Assembly: GCA_020697715.1 (NCBI GenBank)
Contig: JAEHCO010000007.1
Span: 1-64,000, forward strand
Length of the DNA: 64,000 nt
Source: Methanobacteriota archaeon
Lineage (GTDB): Archaea > Thermoplasmatota > Thermoplasmata > SG8-5 > JAGLSY01
Direction: 5' to 3'
A program made the position numbers and the translations under genes. The notes below the pieces were generated by a model that saw nothing but the letters and a program-made list of their open reading frames with translations, had not been told where the DNA came from and made no database searches. Of this stretch, positions 1 through 10,765 are shown in pieces (within the stretch, counting starts at the first letter, position 1; the number at the start of each line of letters is the position of its first letter).

Positions 1-152
1 CTCGCCATTACTGGCTGCACAAAAGTGCAGGAAGTCCCATTCGGCAATCTCCGGATCAAAGGTTCCTTGCGCCTCCCCGGAGCATTTCGCAACTTGGCAC
101 GACCTTCATCAGCGCCCGAGCCGAGCCATTCCCCAAACAACGTAGCTAGCCA
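1..152 (-). rRNA. rrl: 23S rRNA, 5' part (continues beyond window start; mature 5' end approximate)
   Basis: Reverse complement reads GGGGAATGGCTCGGCTCGGGCGCTGATGAAGGTCGTGCCAAGTTGCGAAATGCTCCGGGGAGGCGCAAGGAACCTTTGATCCGGAGATTGCCGAATGGGACTTCC, the conserved start of archaeal 23S domain I. Confidence 0.93.
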
Positions 153-556
153 CAGACTATCGGCTTGACACACGTCCAGGTTGTATATGGCGTATGAATG
201 GTATCATCGATCAAAGAAGGCGTACCTTCCAAGGTTATACAATATTCCTCTCCGATCTCGTCCCTTCCCCGATAATACAGCTTGTATCGCCGGGTGCACG
301 GTTGCCCAGGCCAGTATATATATAGTATGTATATTGGTCTGAGTAGAAGCCCATGAAAGTACGTCGGGTATAAAAAGGTAACCCATGACAGCCACCTTTA
401 TTGAGACTGCTTGGCACATTCCGTATGGCAAAAAGATATCATTCCGGCTAACATATTATGATAGTAACGATCTATATGTAATATATAATGTCTTATTATT
501 TTCCATCATTATATTATAGTTATATTCTATTTCTAACTTAATATAAGGTGAGGGAA

Positions 557-3500
557 ATGAGGAAATTTAGTGCAACCCTGTTAGTGCTAGTTATGATAAT
601 GTCCAGTTTGGTGCCAATGGCCAGTGTTTTGGGTGATGAGGTCAATGACCCACCATCACTCTTTGCCGGTGGAACTGGTGCACCCAACGATCCATATATC
701 ATTGAGACCGTTTTCGAGCTCCAGAACATGCAGGCCAGCTTGTTCTCATTCTACGAGCTGGGAAATGACATTGATGCGTCAGCCACAGCTGGCTGGAACT
801 TTGGTGACGGTTTCGACCCAATAGGATCGTCGGCCAGCAAGTTCATCGGCGGATTGAATGGCCAGAACTATACTATCTCAAACTTGTTCATTGACAGGGG
901 CACTGAAGATTATGTCGGCCTCTTTGGCTATGCCAATGCTGATATCGGCTTTGTCAATCTTGATTATGTTGATATTACTGGCGACACATATGTAGGCGGA
1001 TTGACCGGGGCAAATGACGGATCGATCCACGATTGTACCAGCTCTGGAAATGTCGTAAGTACAAGCCACACTGCCGGAGGCCTCATCGGTTACATGCCCC
1101 TGGGTACATGTGCTGATTCTTCTACTTCCGGTACAGTCTCCAGTGCCATGAACACGGCCGGTGGCTTCGTCGGCTTCAATGGAGCAGATATAGACAGATG
1201 CTTCAGTACAGCCAGTGCCAATACACAGGCCCTGTCCGGCGGTTTTGTCGGCGAGAACTTCAACTTCATCGACGATTCCTTTGCCAGGGGCGCGGTCAGC
1301 GGGACAGATCTGATAGGTGGTTTCGCCGGTCGGAACAGCGCTGTCTTCAATGGCGTGATCACAAATTGCTACAGCTCTGGACCGGTCTCCGGGACATCAA
1401 ATGTCGGCGGCTTCTGCGGCCAGAATTGGGACATTATCACATCCTGCTTCTGGGACACGACGACCTCGACCAGAGGAACGAGCTCTGGAGGCGTTGGCCA
1501 TATTACAGCGAATATGCAGGCCGAGGCAACCTTCACCGGTGCTGGCTGGGATTTCACATCAATATGGGATATAAATGAGGGGAACTCCTATCCATTCCTC
1601 AGATCTGCCCCGGGTTCGGTATTCAATAGCAATACAGGTATGTCCTTCATAAAGATACAGAATGCTATCGATGATCCACTCACCCTGGATGGTCACACTA
1701 TCCTGGTAGACGATGGTACTTATTTTGAGAATGTGGATGTCACAAAGAGACTGAACCTTGTTGGAAATGGTTCAGGCGTCACCACCATTGATGCTCAATT
1801 ATCAGGTATACCATTGAGCATTACTTCAGACTGGGTCAATGTATCGGGGTTCAATATTTCCAATATGGAAGACCTGGCCTTCCGGGGAAGTGTGGACATG
1901 TTAAATGTCGATTACTGTAACATCAGTGATTGCACCATATACAATAGCCAGTACTATGGAATTAGATTGAATCAGGCAAATAACAATTCAGTCTATAACA
2001 ATCAGATCATTGAAAATAGGATGCACGGCATATCAATGGATTCATCATCATACAATCATTTTAACATGAACAATATCTCGGGTAATTCAATAGGTGTCGG
2101 TGTTACCTGGTATAGCGATCACAATTCATTTTTCCTCAATGATCTATCCGACCAATTGTTTGGATTTGATATTAGTGTTGCTTATGACAATAATATATCA
2201 TTCAATACTTTCACAGATCATATATGGGATTGTATAAGAGTGAATACAGGATCAGATTATGAAATGTTCAATAACCAGTTCATAGGCAATAGTGATAGGG
2301 CTTTCAATCTCAATAATGTTGATGATTCCATAATTGGCCAGAACTTCATAACAGGTATAATGAACTCAGATGCAATATACGGTATTATTTCAGATAATAT
2401 CAGTATCCTGAACAACAATATATCAGATAATTCGATGACAGCCATTGTTCTTGACAACACACATAATAGTAAAATAAGTTCAAACGTGATGGATCGTAAT
2501 GGAGTGACATTTAGCATGGATGCCATGATGCTTCGTTCAGGTTCAAGCAATATCGAGGTCAGGGACAATGAGATAGATGGTAATGGCCAGCACGGCATTC
2601 ACATAATAGACTCATCGGATAATGACATCATCGACAATGATATCACGAACAACACCGAGAGCGGAATACACGGTGAGTCAAACTCGGATTACAATCTCAT
2701 CCAGGGTAACACCATATCCAACAACACCCTCAGGGGAGTTCACATGGTCTCCTTGAGCAATTACAACAGGATAATAGATAATGACATATCCTTCAGCGGA
2801 AACTTTGCGATATACCTCGAGTCATCTGCCGGGGGAAATAACCAGGTGAGCGACAACCGCGTCTGGAATGATGCCACAACTGGCAGTGGCATCGCGGTTT
2901 ACAATCAAGACAATCTCATATGCAATAATACTTGCTGGAACAGTCCCAATGGTTATGGCATCTCTCTTGTCAACGGCCCCAACACGGTCTATAATAATAC
3001 GGCCTGGGGTAATTATCATGGAATATACGGCTCTGCAATGCGTGACAGCCAGATATATGACAATAACATGTCTGGAAACCTCTTCTATGGAATATACGCC
3101 GCAGGGAATGCCGATGACAATGAGATCTACAACAACACTTTGAGCAATAACACAGAATATGGAGTTGTGATCCAGTCTGCCGAGGGAAACAATGTCCATG
3201 ACAACGATATGTACGACAATGGTGTGGGCGGAGTTTATCTAAGATGGGGAGACAATAACACCGTCAAGGACAACTTGATCGCCAATGGTGGAACCCGTGG
3301 CATATTCCTGGAGGAGACAAGTTATCAGACCATAGAGGGCAACACGGTGATCGGATGCCAGCGCGGTATTTACATAGATGATTCTTCATGGAATAACATC
3401 ACCAACAACAATGTGTCTTCCAACACCCTCCAGGGCATATTTTTAATGACTGGAAGTGTCTCCAATGAGGTAACATACAACTTCTGTGGTTGGAATGGGG

Positions 3501-6500
3501 ATGCCGGCATCAGTGCCTCTGATGCAGATGGCAATTTCATTTTGTTCAACAATTGCTCCTATAACCGTGACGGGATCTCGATCGGTTCCTATGCAGATGG
3601 CAATTATATCATTCTAAACACTGTGTATGCCAATTCAAATGGCGGAGGCGGGTTCGGATTGAGGGTTCCTGCCGGCCCACAGCCAGGAAGAAGCAATGGT
3701 TTCTACTGGAACAATATCATTGCTAATGATAATCATGCCGAGGACAATGATGGGACGAACTCCAATTATTGGAACATACCTGTCAATTTTGGGGGCGGTA
3801 ACTACTGGTCCTCTTATGGTGGAGTGGACAACTTCAATGGCCCTGCCCAGGATGTAGCAGGGGCTGATGGGTTCGGTGACACTCCATATGCCATACCATG
3901 GTTCGGTGCCCAGGACAATTACCCCATCATGAAGAAGATGACTGGGCCAATACCAGTCAGGAACATGGATACCAACGAGGTCTTCTTTGATATCCAATCC
4001 GCGATAGATGATGCAGAGACACTGAATGGCCACACCATACAGTGTGATGCTGGAACCTACAATGAAAATATTATCGTGAATAAGCAACTGAGCATAATTG
4101 GAAATGGAAGTACCAGCACTACAATTGATGGAAGTGCATCTGGCGATGTGGTCACTGTCAATTCGGATTGGGTGAACATCACTGGATTTTACATCACGGG
4201 CTCTGGAGCTGTTAGCACAGATGCAGGTGTAAAGTTGCAGAACAGTGATCATTGCAGAGTGGAGAACTGCAATATATCCAATAATGGAAGAAATGGCATC
4301 AGGGTCGATAATGTGGATGATTGCGTATTCACAGATAATCAATATCATTCACAGGTAGTCGGAGTGTATCTGGAGAATGCTCAAAGAAACCTGATCCTGA
4401 ACAGCACTTTCACGGGATGTACAGGAGATGCAATTCATACATGGAATGGAAATTATTGGAATGAGATCATCAATAATGATATTATCAACAACAATGAAGG
4501 AATAGAGTGGTCTGGTTGGGAAGCGGATTACAATATAATCAGATCCAATAATATCTCATCAAACTTCAATTCAGGAATATGGTTTGATGGTTCATCAGAT
4601 GGTAATAATGAGGTCGAGGACAATATCCTTGGGTGGAATGGATATGCTGGCATCAGGATAGCCGATGGAGCCTCTAGTACAAAGGTCTGGGATAATGAGA
4701 TCATCGGGAACGATGATTATGGTATTCGAATAACCTCAACTGGCAATAATAACCAGATCTGGTCGAACAATATCAGCCACAATAAGAATGGAGGGACAGG
4801 CACAGGAATAAGTGTGACCAATGGAGTAAACCAGATATACAATAACAATTTCATTGACAATGATGTCCATGCTGCGGATTGGACGGCTACGACCGTGTGG
4901 GATATTGGCATGCCCTTTGGAGGTAATTACTGGGATACCTGGCTTGGCCCGGATGCCAATGCTGATGGCTATGTGGACGATCCATATGTCATTGATGGAG
5001 ATTCCCAGGATAACTGGCCCATTGCTAAGGAAAGCGGCTGGCAATTCCTCGGCCCTGTGACAAATACCAACACAGGAGAGAACTTCACCACCATTCAGGA
5101 AGCCATCGATGATGCGGACACTCTGAATGGCCACACGATAACTGTCGATGCTGGCACATACAATGAGAATGTCGTAGTGGACAAACAGCTCACAATAATT
5201 GGAAATGGCTCTGCCAATACAATAATAGATGGGAACGCTCTTGGAACTGTTATCCAGATAGATTCTGATTGGGTAAATATATCTGATTTCAATATAACTA
5301 ATGCAGGAATTGGTGGTGCGGCAATCGCTATGAATGGAACCGATAATTGCAATATCTATGACAATAACCTGATCCAGAGCACATATGGCGTTTACCTGAT
5401 ATCAAGCCAGAACAATACAATTGATAACAACACTATGATGGATAATGAAATTAGCGTCTCGCTATGGACATCATCAAATAACAATGATGTCACATCCAAT
5501 AATATCACAAATTCATTGCATGGGATGCGTGTCCATTCCGCCGTGAGCAATACAATTGCAGATAATACCATTAACTCGAACACATTTATTGGTATATTAC
5601 TGGAAACCAATGCCTCTTACAATAGTGTGAGCAATAATAATGTCTCTGGCAATGGAGAATATGGGATAGCCGCATACTATGATTCAGATCATATAGACAT
5701 CATAGGCAATGAGGTCTGGGATAACGATAACTATGGGATCTATTTGATCGGACCCTCCAACTGCACTATCTCGAACAACAATGCAATATCCAATAGCCTT
5801 GGCATTGTGATAAGTTCCAATATGGGTTATTCCTCCCAATTCAACAATGTCACGAATAACAATGCATCATCCAACAATTTCAATGGAATATTGGTCACCC
5901 AATCGGTTAACAATACGGTCCATATGAATGAGGTATGGGATAATATTGAGCATGGTATTTCCATTGTAGATTCCAGTGAGAATGACTTTATTGCAAACAA
6001 TATAGTATCTAGCAACATGCATGGATTTTACTTGACGAGGTCGACACATAATACCATTGCTGGGAATACCATATCCCTGGGCTCCAACATGGGCATGCTC
6101 ATTGACGACTCTGATGGCAATTCTATATCCTGGAACAGTATTTCAACCACCACCAGCCAGGACTTTGGCATCAAGCTTCTTGATTCATCGAATTGCAGCA
6201 TCCACAATAACACCATAGACACTACCTCCACAGTATCCTCGGGTATTTTCCTTGAGGGGGCTTGCCTATCCAATGATATCGATGACAATGATATCTCAAC
6301 GGCAGGCCAGTGGTCCTACGGAATATACCTGTATAGTGGTCCTATGAACAATAGGGTCGAGAACAACACGGTGTATGTAGAGGGACAGGATAATCATGGG
6401 ATCGCTCTCATAACAAACTCCGAATCTAATATGGTGGCAAATAATGATGTGAATGTGACTGGCACCAACAATAATGGAATATACGTTCAGGGAAGCGATA

Positions 6501-9500
6501 ATAACAATATCATATGTAATTACATGAACTGGACCAATGAATCTGGAGCAGGGATCCAGATAGAGGACTCACAGTATGTTACAGTTTCAAACAATACAGT
6601 GTCCAATGGGTCAGCCGGTAATTCGATTGGTATTGCCCTGGATTCTGCCAGCCGATGCACCGTGTCCTACAACAACCTCTTCCACAATTACCACGGCATT
6701 GCATTATTCGGGAATTCCTTTGAGAATACGCTCCAATCCAATCATGTCATGTGGAGTGAGTGGAGGGGCATATCATGTCTTGATTCACTTGGGTCAAAGG
6801 CATCCAATGTTTTCATCGACAACAACCTATCTTACAATGCCGACTATGGCCTTGTGCTATTGGGCGGCAGCGATGACAACCTGATATCTGGCAATGAATT
6901 CTTTTACAATTGGCAGGGCATGCATGTCCAGTATTGCATAGGTATTTCGATAACGGACAATGAGATCGCCGAGAACATCAACGGCATATACATGGCCTTT
7001 GTGAGCTATGCGAATATCACTTCCAATTCCATATACCAGAACATCAATGGTATTCAGGTCTCGAACATAAACCATACATTGATCCAGAACAACCATTTCT
7101 ACGCCAATGGTAATGGGGTATATTTCTTGAGCAGCAATGATATAGAGGTAAGTCGAAATAATATATCAGGCAATGGCCGGGGCATTGATATCACACTTCA
7201 GACGAACAACTGTACGATATTCGATAACACAATATCCTTCAATACAAAGGCGGGTCTGGATTTCAGACATTGGTGCAATAGCACCCAGGTCTATGACAAT
7301 AATATATCTGACAATCAGGTGGGAGTGCGCCTTGACAGATCATATTATAATCGTATATACCTCAATATGATAATGAACAATACAATACAGGCCGTTGACA
7401 ACGAGACCAACTCCTGGGATAATAGCTACCCATCCGGCGGGAACTACTGGTCGGACTATGCAGGCTCTGACCTATACATGGGCCCCAGCCAGAATGTGCT
7501 GGGAAGCGACGCTTTGGGCGACACTCCTTACACCAGCATCCTGGGCGGAATGGGGAACCAGGACAATTACCCACTCATGCACCCAACGGACTACATAGAT
7601 GCTGTCGATCCAGTATCGCAGATCGACACAATATCACCCTACTGGTGGAATGACATGCCCTTCATAATAACCGCAAATGTCAGTGATCCAGGAAGTGGAA
7701 TAGATCACATCGAACTCTGGTACAACTTCACGGACAATGCTAATGGATGGGTCTTCTTCGGCAATACGACCAGCTTCCCATGGACATGGGACTTCACTTG
7801 GCCAGATGGAGAAGGGGATTACAATTTCTACTCCATTGCCGTGGATAATTCCGGCAATGTTGAGGGGACTCCTGGTGTCGCAGATGCAGGAGCTTATTAC
7901 GACATCACAGCCCCGATCATCAATGCGGGTCTCGATGCCACTTCTAATTCGAACTATCAGCAGGATTCATTCTACATAGAAACAGGCTCTGGTATCGGCA
8001 ATAATTCATGGTCTGCAGTGTCAGGTCCTGGCAATATAACTTTCACAAGCCAGTGGTCGGAAGATCCATGGATAAGCGCGGACATGGATGGCCTGTATGT
8101 TCTGCAATTGAATGCCACGGACAATGCTGGAAATTGGGCCACGAGTAGTTTCACCCTGTTGTGGGATACAGTTGCACCTGTCGCGACTGTCGGAATAGAT
8201 ATCGATACCCGTGTTCAGATCTTCAAGGATGCCTTCGCCAGTGACATGCTCTCGGGATTGGGCAACTACACATGGAGCGCCTCTGGACCTGGCAATGTCA
8301 ATTTCTCAGACCAGTGGTCGCAGGATACGTGGATAAGCGCGGACATGGACGGCATGTACACGATACAGCTTACTGTGACAGATATTGCAGGGAACTGGTA
8401 CGTGGATGAGTTCATCCTTACATGGGACACAACAGCTCCTATTGTGGATGTAGGAGCGGATATCCAGACCAATGCCCAATTCTTCAAGAACATATTGGCA
8501 AGTGATGCAGGTTCTGGCATAGACAATTTCACATGGTCGGTAGAATCAGGACCTGGGAACATAAGCTTCGGAACACAATGGGCGGAAGATACCGACATCA
8601 GTGCGGATACAGATGGAGTGTATGTCATAAGGCTGAGTGTGAAAGACAATGCAGGAAATTGGGCCTGGAGCGAGTTCACACTCACATGGGATGAGACAGC
8701 GCCTATAGTGAATGCTGGCTCGAATATCACAACGAATATCCAGGTACTTCAGAATGCCACATCCTTCGACAATACATCGGGGATCGCCAGTTATGCATGG
8801 ACGCAAATATCCGGCCTGGGAGCATTGACCTTCGGCACACCATCTGCAGAGGACACCACCATCCAGGCAAGCTCGGATGGTGTTTATGTCGCGAGGCTGA
8901 CCGTTACAGATAATGTGGGAAATGTCAATTGGAGTGAATTCACATTCACATGGGACACGACAGCACCTGACATCAATATCTCCATCAATGGGACATCCTT
9001 CAGATCGGTTGAATATTATCTGGCAAGTTCATCTGAAGTATGTCTGGAAGGTATTGATGACGGGACAGGTATTGACTCCATCTGGTACAGGGTGTTCGAT
9101 GATGAAGGCACCTGGACGAACTGGCTTCAATTCACAAGCAATTTCACACTGGGTCAGTATGTGGTAAATGGAATTTGTTATCTGGAATACAATGTAACAG
9201 ATATGGTAGGTAATCAGCGATCGTGGAACACAACTTTCTTCATTGATGATATTGCACCGATCACAACTATCGACTATGGAGATTCTATCTACGTCGATTC
9301 CCTGCAGAACATCACCCTAACAGCTTTGGATGATGGAGCTGGAGTGGACACGACATGGTATCGGATATGGGATTGGACCATTTCCTACACTCCTTGGATC
9401 CAATACACCGGCGATATAACAATATCAGGAGATGACAGAGAATTGTTCATCGATCTCTACTCCGTGGACTACCTGGGTAATATCGAGGGAATGCAGAACT

Positions 9501-10090
9501 TTAGCCTGGTGCTGGACAATACTCCACCAATCGCAGATGCTGGTGAGGATCAGACCATCCTTGTCAATAATACCGTGACATTTAATGGCACTGGCTCATC
9601 AGATGTGATCGGGATTACCAATTATACCTGGACCTTTGATCATGGCGGTGTACAGCAAACTCTGTACGGATCCGAGTCAAGCTTCAACTTCTCGATATCG
9701 GGGAATTATACGATAACACTCAGTGTCATGGATAACACTGGCAACTCAAATACCAGCACCATGATGGTCAATGTTGAAACCTTACCAGTTGAGACTGATG
9801 ATGAGGATGATGGAATTCCGGATGATGATGATGATCTGCCATTGGACACATCAGATACAGACGATCCAGGTATCGATCTCATGTGGATCATCATAATCCT
9901 CATAATCGCCCTGGTAGTAGGAGCCCAACTATTCCTCATGAAGGGAAAGAAGCAAAAGGATGAGGATGAAGAGCCGGATGACGAAGAGGAAGACCCAGAA
10001 GAGGAAGAACCGGAAGTAGAAGATGATGATGATGAAGGGGCTGATGAGGAAGAAGATGTGGACGAGGGTGAGGAGATACCTGAAAGCTGA
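557..10090 (+). CDS. Giant (~3180 aa) cell-surface glycoprotein: signal peptide, GLUG repeats, three NosD/CASH beta-helix blocks, Ig/PKD-like repeats, C-terminal TM and acidic tail
   Basis: Hydrophobic N-terminus; GGLIG/GGFVG GLUG repeats; N(N)xIxxN beta-helix repeats ending in GGNYW; WDTTAP repeats; PPIADAGEDQ PKD; TM LMWIIIILIIALVVG then D/E-rich tail. SD AAGGTGAG favours ATG 557 over GTG 548. Confidence 0.88.
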   Translation: MRKFSATLLVLVMIMSSLVPMASVLGDEVNDPPSLFAGGTGAPNDPYIIETVFELQNMQASLFSFYELGNDIDASATAGWNFGDGFDPIGSSASKFIGGLNGQNYTISNLFIDRGTEDYVGLFGYANADIGFVNLDYVDITGDTYVGGLTGANDGSIHDCTSSGNVVSTSHTAGGLIGYMPLGTCADSSTSGTVSSAMNTAGGFVGFNGADIDRCFSTASANTQALSGGFVGENFNFIDDSFARGAVSGTDLIGGFAGRNSAVFNGVITNCYSSGPVSGTSNVGGFCGQNWDIITSCFWDTTTSTRGTSSGGVGHITANMQAEATFTGAGWDFTSIWDINEGNSYPFLRSAPGSVFNSNTGMSFIKIQNAIDDPLTLDGHTILVDDGTYFENVDVTKRLNLVGNGSGVTTIDAQLSGIPLSITSDWVNVSGFNISNMEDLAFRGSVDMLNVDYCNISDCTIYNSQYYGIRLNQANNNSVYNNQIIENRMHGISMDSSSYNHFNMNNISGNSIGVGVTWYSDHNSFFLNDLSDQLFGFDISVAYDNNISFNTFTDHIWDCIRVNTGSDYEMFNNQFIGNSDRAFNLNNVDDSIIGQNFITGIMNSDAIYGIISDNISILNNNISDNSMTAIVLDNTHNSKISSNVMDRNGVTFSMDAMMLRSGSSNIEVRDNEIDGNGQHGIHIIDSSDNDIIDNDITNNTESGIHGESNSDYNLIQGNTISNNTLRGVHMVSLSNYNRIIDNDISFSGNFAIYLESSAGGNNQVSDNRVWNDATTGSGIAVYNQDNLICNNTCWNSPNGYGISLVNGPNTVYNNTAWGNYHGIYGSAMRDSQIYDNNMSGNLFYGIYAAGNADDNEIYNNTLSNNTEYGVVIQSAEGNNVHDNDMYDNGVGGVYLRWGDNNTVKDNLIANGGTRGIFLEETSYQTIEGNTVIGCQRGIYIDDSSWNNITNNNVSSNTLQGIFLMTGSVSNEVTYNFCGWNGDAGISASDADGNFILFNNCSYNRDGISIGSYADGNYIILNTVYANSNGGGGFGLRVPAGPQPGRSNGFYWNNIIANDNHAEDNDGTNSNYWNIPVNFGGGNYWSSYGGVDNFNGPAQDVAGADGFGDTPYAIPWFGAQDNYPIMKKMTGPIPVRNMDTNEVFFDIQSAIDDAETLNGHTIQCDAGTYNENIIVNKQLSIIGNGSTSTTIDGSASGDVVTVNSDWVNITGFYITGSGAVSTDAGVKLQNSDHCRVENCNISNNGRNGIRVDNVDDCVFTDNQYHSQVVGVYLENAQRNLILNSTFTGCTGDAIHTWNGNYWNEIINNDIINNNEGIEWSGWEADYNIIRSNNISSNFNSGIWFDGSSDGNNEVEDNILGWNGYAGIRIADGASSTKVWDNEIIGNDDYGIRITSTGNNNQIWSNNISHNKNGGTGTGISVTNGVNQIYNNNFIDNDVHAADWTATTVWDIGMPFGGNYWDTWLGPDANADGYVDDPYVIDGDSQDNWPIAKESGWQFLGPVTNTNTGENFTTIQEAIDDADTLNGHTITVDAGTYNENVVVDKQLTIIGNGSANTIIDGNALGTVIQIDSDWVNISDFNITNAGIGGAAIAMNGTDNCNIYDNNLIQSTYGVYLISSQNNTIDNNTMMDNEISVSLWTSSNNNDVTSNNITNSLHGMRVHSAVSNTIADNTINSNTFIGILLETNASYNSVSNNNVSGNGEYGIAAYYDSDHIDIIGNEVWDNDNYGIYLIGPSNCTISNNNAISNSLGIVISSNMGYSSQFNNVTNNNASSNNFNGILVTQSVNNTVHMNEVWDNIEHGISIVDSSENDFIANNIVSSNMHGFYLTRSTHNTIAGNTISLGSNMGMLIDDSDGNSISWNSISTTTSQDFGIKLLDSSNCSIHNNTIDTTSTVSSGIFLEGACLSNDIDDNDISTAGQWSYGIYLYSGPMNNRVENNTVYVEGQDNHGIALITNSESNMVANNDVNVTGTNNNGIYVQGSDNNNIICNYMNWTNESGAGIQIEDSQYVTVSNNTVSNGSAGNSIGIALDSASRCTVSYNNLFHNYHGIALFGNSFENTLQSNHVMWSEWRGISCLDSLGSKASNVFIDNNLSYNADYGLVLLGGSDDNLISGNEFFYNWQGMHVQYCIGISITDNEIAENINGIYMAFVSYANITSNSIYQNINGIQVSNINHTLIQNNHFYANGNGVYFLSSNDIEVSRNNISGNGRGIDITLQTNNCTIFDNTISFNTKAGLDFRHWCNSTQVYDNNISDNQVGVRLDRSYYNRIYLNMIMNNTIQAVDNETNSWDNSYPSGGNYWSDYAGSDLYMGPSQNVLGSDALGDTPYTSILGGMGNQDNYPLMHPTDYIDAVDPVSQIDTISPYWWNDMPFIITANVSDPGSGIDHIELWYNFTDNANGWVFFGNTTSFPWTWDFTWPDGEGDYNFYSIAVDNSGNVEGTPGVADAGAYYDITAPIINAGLDATSNSNYQQDSFYIETGSGIGNNSWSAVSGPGNITFTSQWSEDPWISADMDGLYVLQLNATDNAGNWATSSFTLLWDTVAPVATVGIDIDTRVQIFKDAFASDMLSGLGNYTWSASGPGNVNFSDQWSQDTWISADMDGMYTIQLTVTDIAGNWYVDEFILTWDTTAPIVDVGADIQTNAQFFKNILASDAGSGIDNFTWSVESGPGNISFGTQWAEDTDISADTDGVYVIRLSVKDNAGNWAWSEFTLTWDETAPIVNAGSNITTNIQVLQNATSFDNTSGIASYAWTQISGLGALTFGTPSAEDTTIQASSDGVYVARLTVTDNVGNVNWSEFTFTWDTTAPDINISINGTSFRSVEYYLASSSEVCLEGIDDGTGIDSIWYRVFDDEGTWTNWLQFTSNFTLGQYVVNGICYLEYNVTDMVGNQRSWNTTFFIDDIAPITTIDYGDSIYVDSLQNITLTALDDGAGVDTTWYRIWDWTISYTPWIQYTGDITISGDDRELFIDLYSVDYLGNIEGMQNFSLVLDNTPPIADAGEDQTILVNNTVTFNGTGSSDVIGITNYTWTFDHGGVQQTLYGSESSFNFSISGNYTITLSVMDNTGNSNTSTMMVNVETLPVETDDEDDGIPDDDDDLPLDTSDTDDPGIDLMWIIIILIIALVVGAQLFLMKGKKQKDEDEEPDDEEEDPEEEEPEVEDDDDEGADEEEDVDEGEEIPES

Positions 10091-10130
10091 TAATTTGCTT
10101 TCAGGAACCTGATCCCCTCACTAGACACCT

Positions 10131-10580
10131 CTACTTATCAAGAACCGGGAGCCTGGCTTCCTCTTTCACTATGTTCAGAACTATCTGGGTATATGTCCTT
10201 TCAACATATTCCATTCCAGATATCCATTTGATGAACTTGTTCAATTCGCGGCGATTGTGGAACCTGGCTATGATCATGGAATCCCATTCCCCAGTTATAT
10301 CATAGACATTGACAACATTGGAGTTCTTCGATATCTTATCCTGGACGGATATCATCTTACCTCGAGATATCCGCATTCCGATGACAGCCAGCAGATCGAA
10401 GCCGAACTTCTGCGGATCAAGAACTGGCGCATAGCCCTTTATGATCTCGTCCTCTTCCATTTTCCGAACACGGTTGGCCACAGTGCTCATGGAAACACCC
10501 AGCTCTTTCGCCATCTGCCTGAAGCTCTTTCTGGCATTCTCATTCATAGACGCGATTATTTTGAGATCAAGGTCATCCAT
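10131..10580 (-). CDS. Lrp/AsnC family transcriptional regulator, divergent from glnA
   Basis: MDDLDLKII..NARKSFRQMAKELGVSMSTVANRVRKME HTH and ITGEWD RAM-domain motif. Confidence 0.93.
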   Translation of the reverse strand: MDDLDLKIIASMNENARKSFRQMAKELGVSMSTVANRVRKMEEDEIIKGYAPVLDPQKFGFDLLAVIGMRISRGKMISVQDKISKNSNVVNVYDITGEWDSMIIARFHNRRELNKFIKWISGMEYVERTYTQIVLNIVKEEARLPVLDK

Positions 10581-10765
10581 GCAGGATAATAGGCATTAAC
10601 ATTTATTAAATTAACTGTATATTTCACAAAATAAACATTCATTTGACCAATATTATCAGAATATATTAGTCAAACAGATGAATTGTTATCAATATATTAT
10701 AAGTATCATTATTTCATGTTAGGGCAATCGACCCCGTGTATCTCAGGGTCAATAGAGGTATGACA

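Noticed and set aside
10725-10755. Small hairpin GACCC/GGGTC before glnA as a glutamine riboswitch
   Set aside because: It lacks the three-way junction and E-loop consensus of glnA-class riboswitches; the divergent Lrp regulator is a simpler explanation for control.
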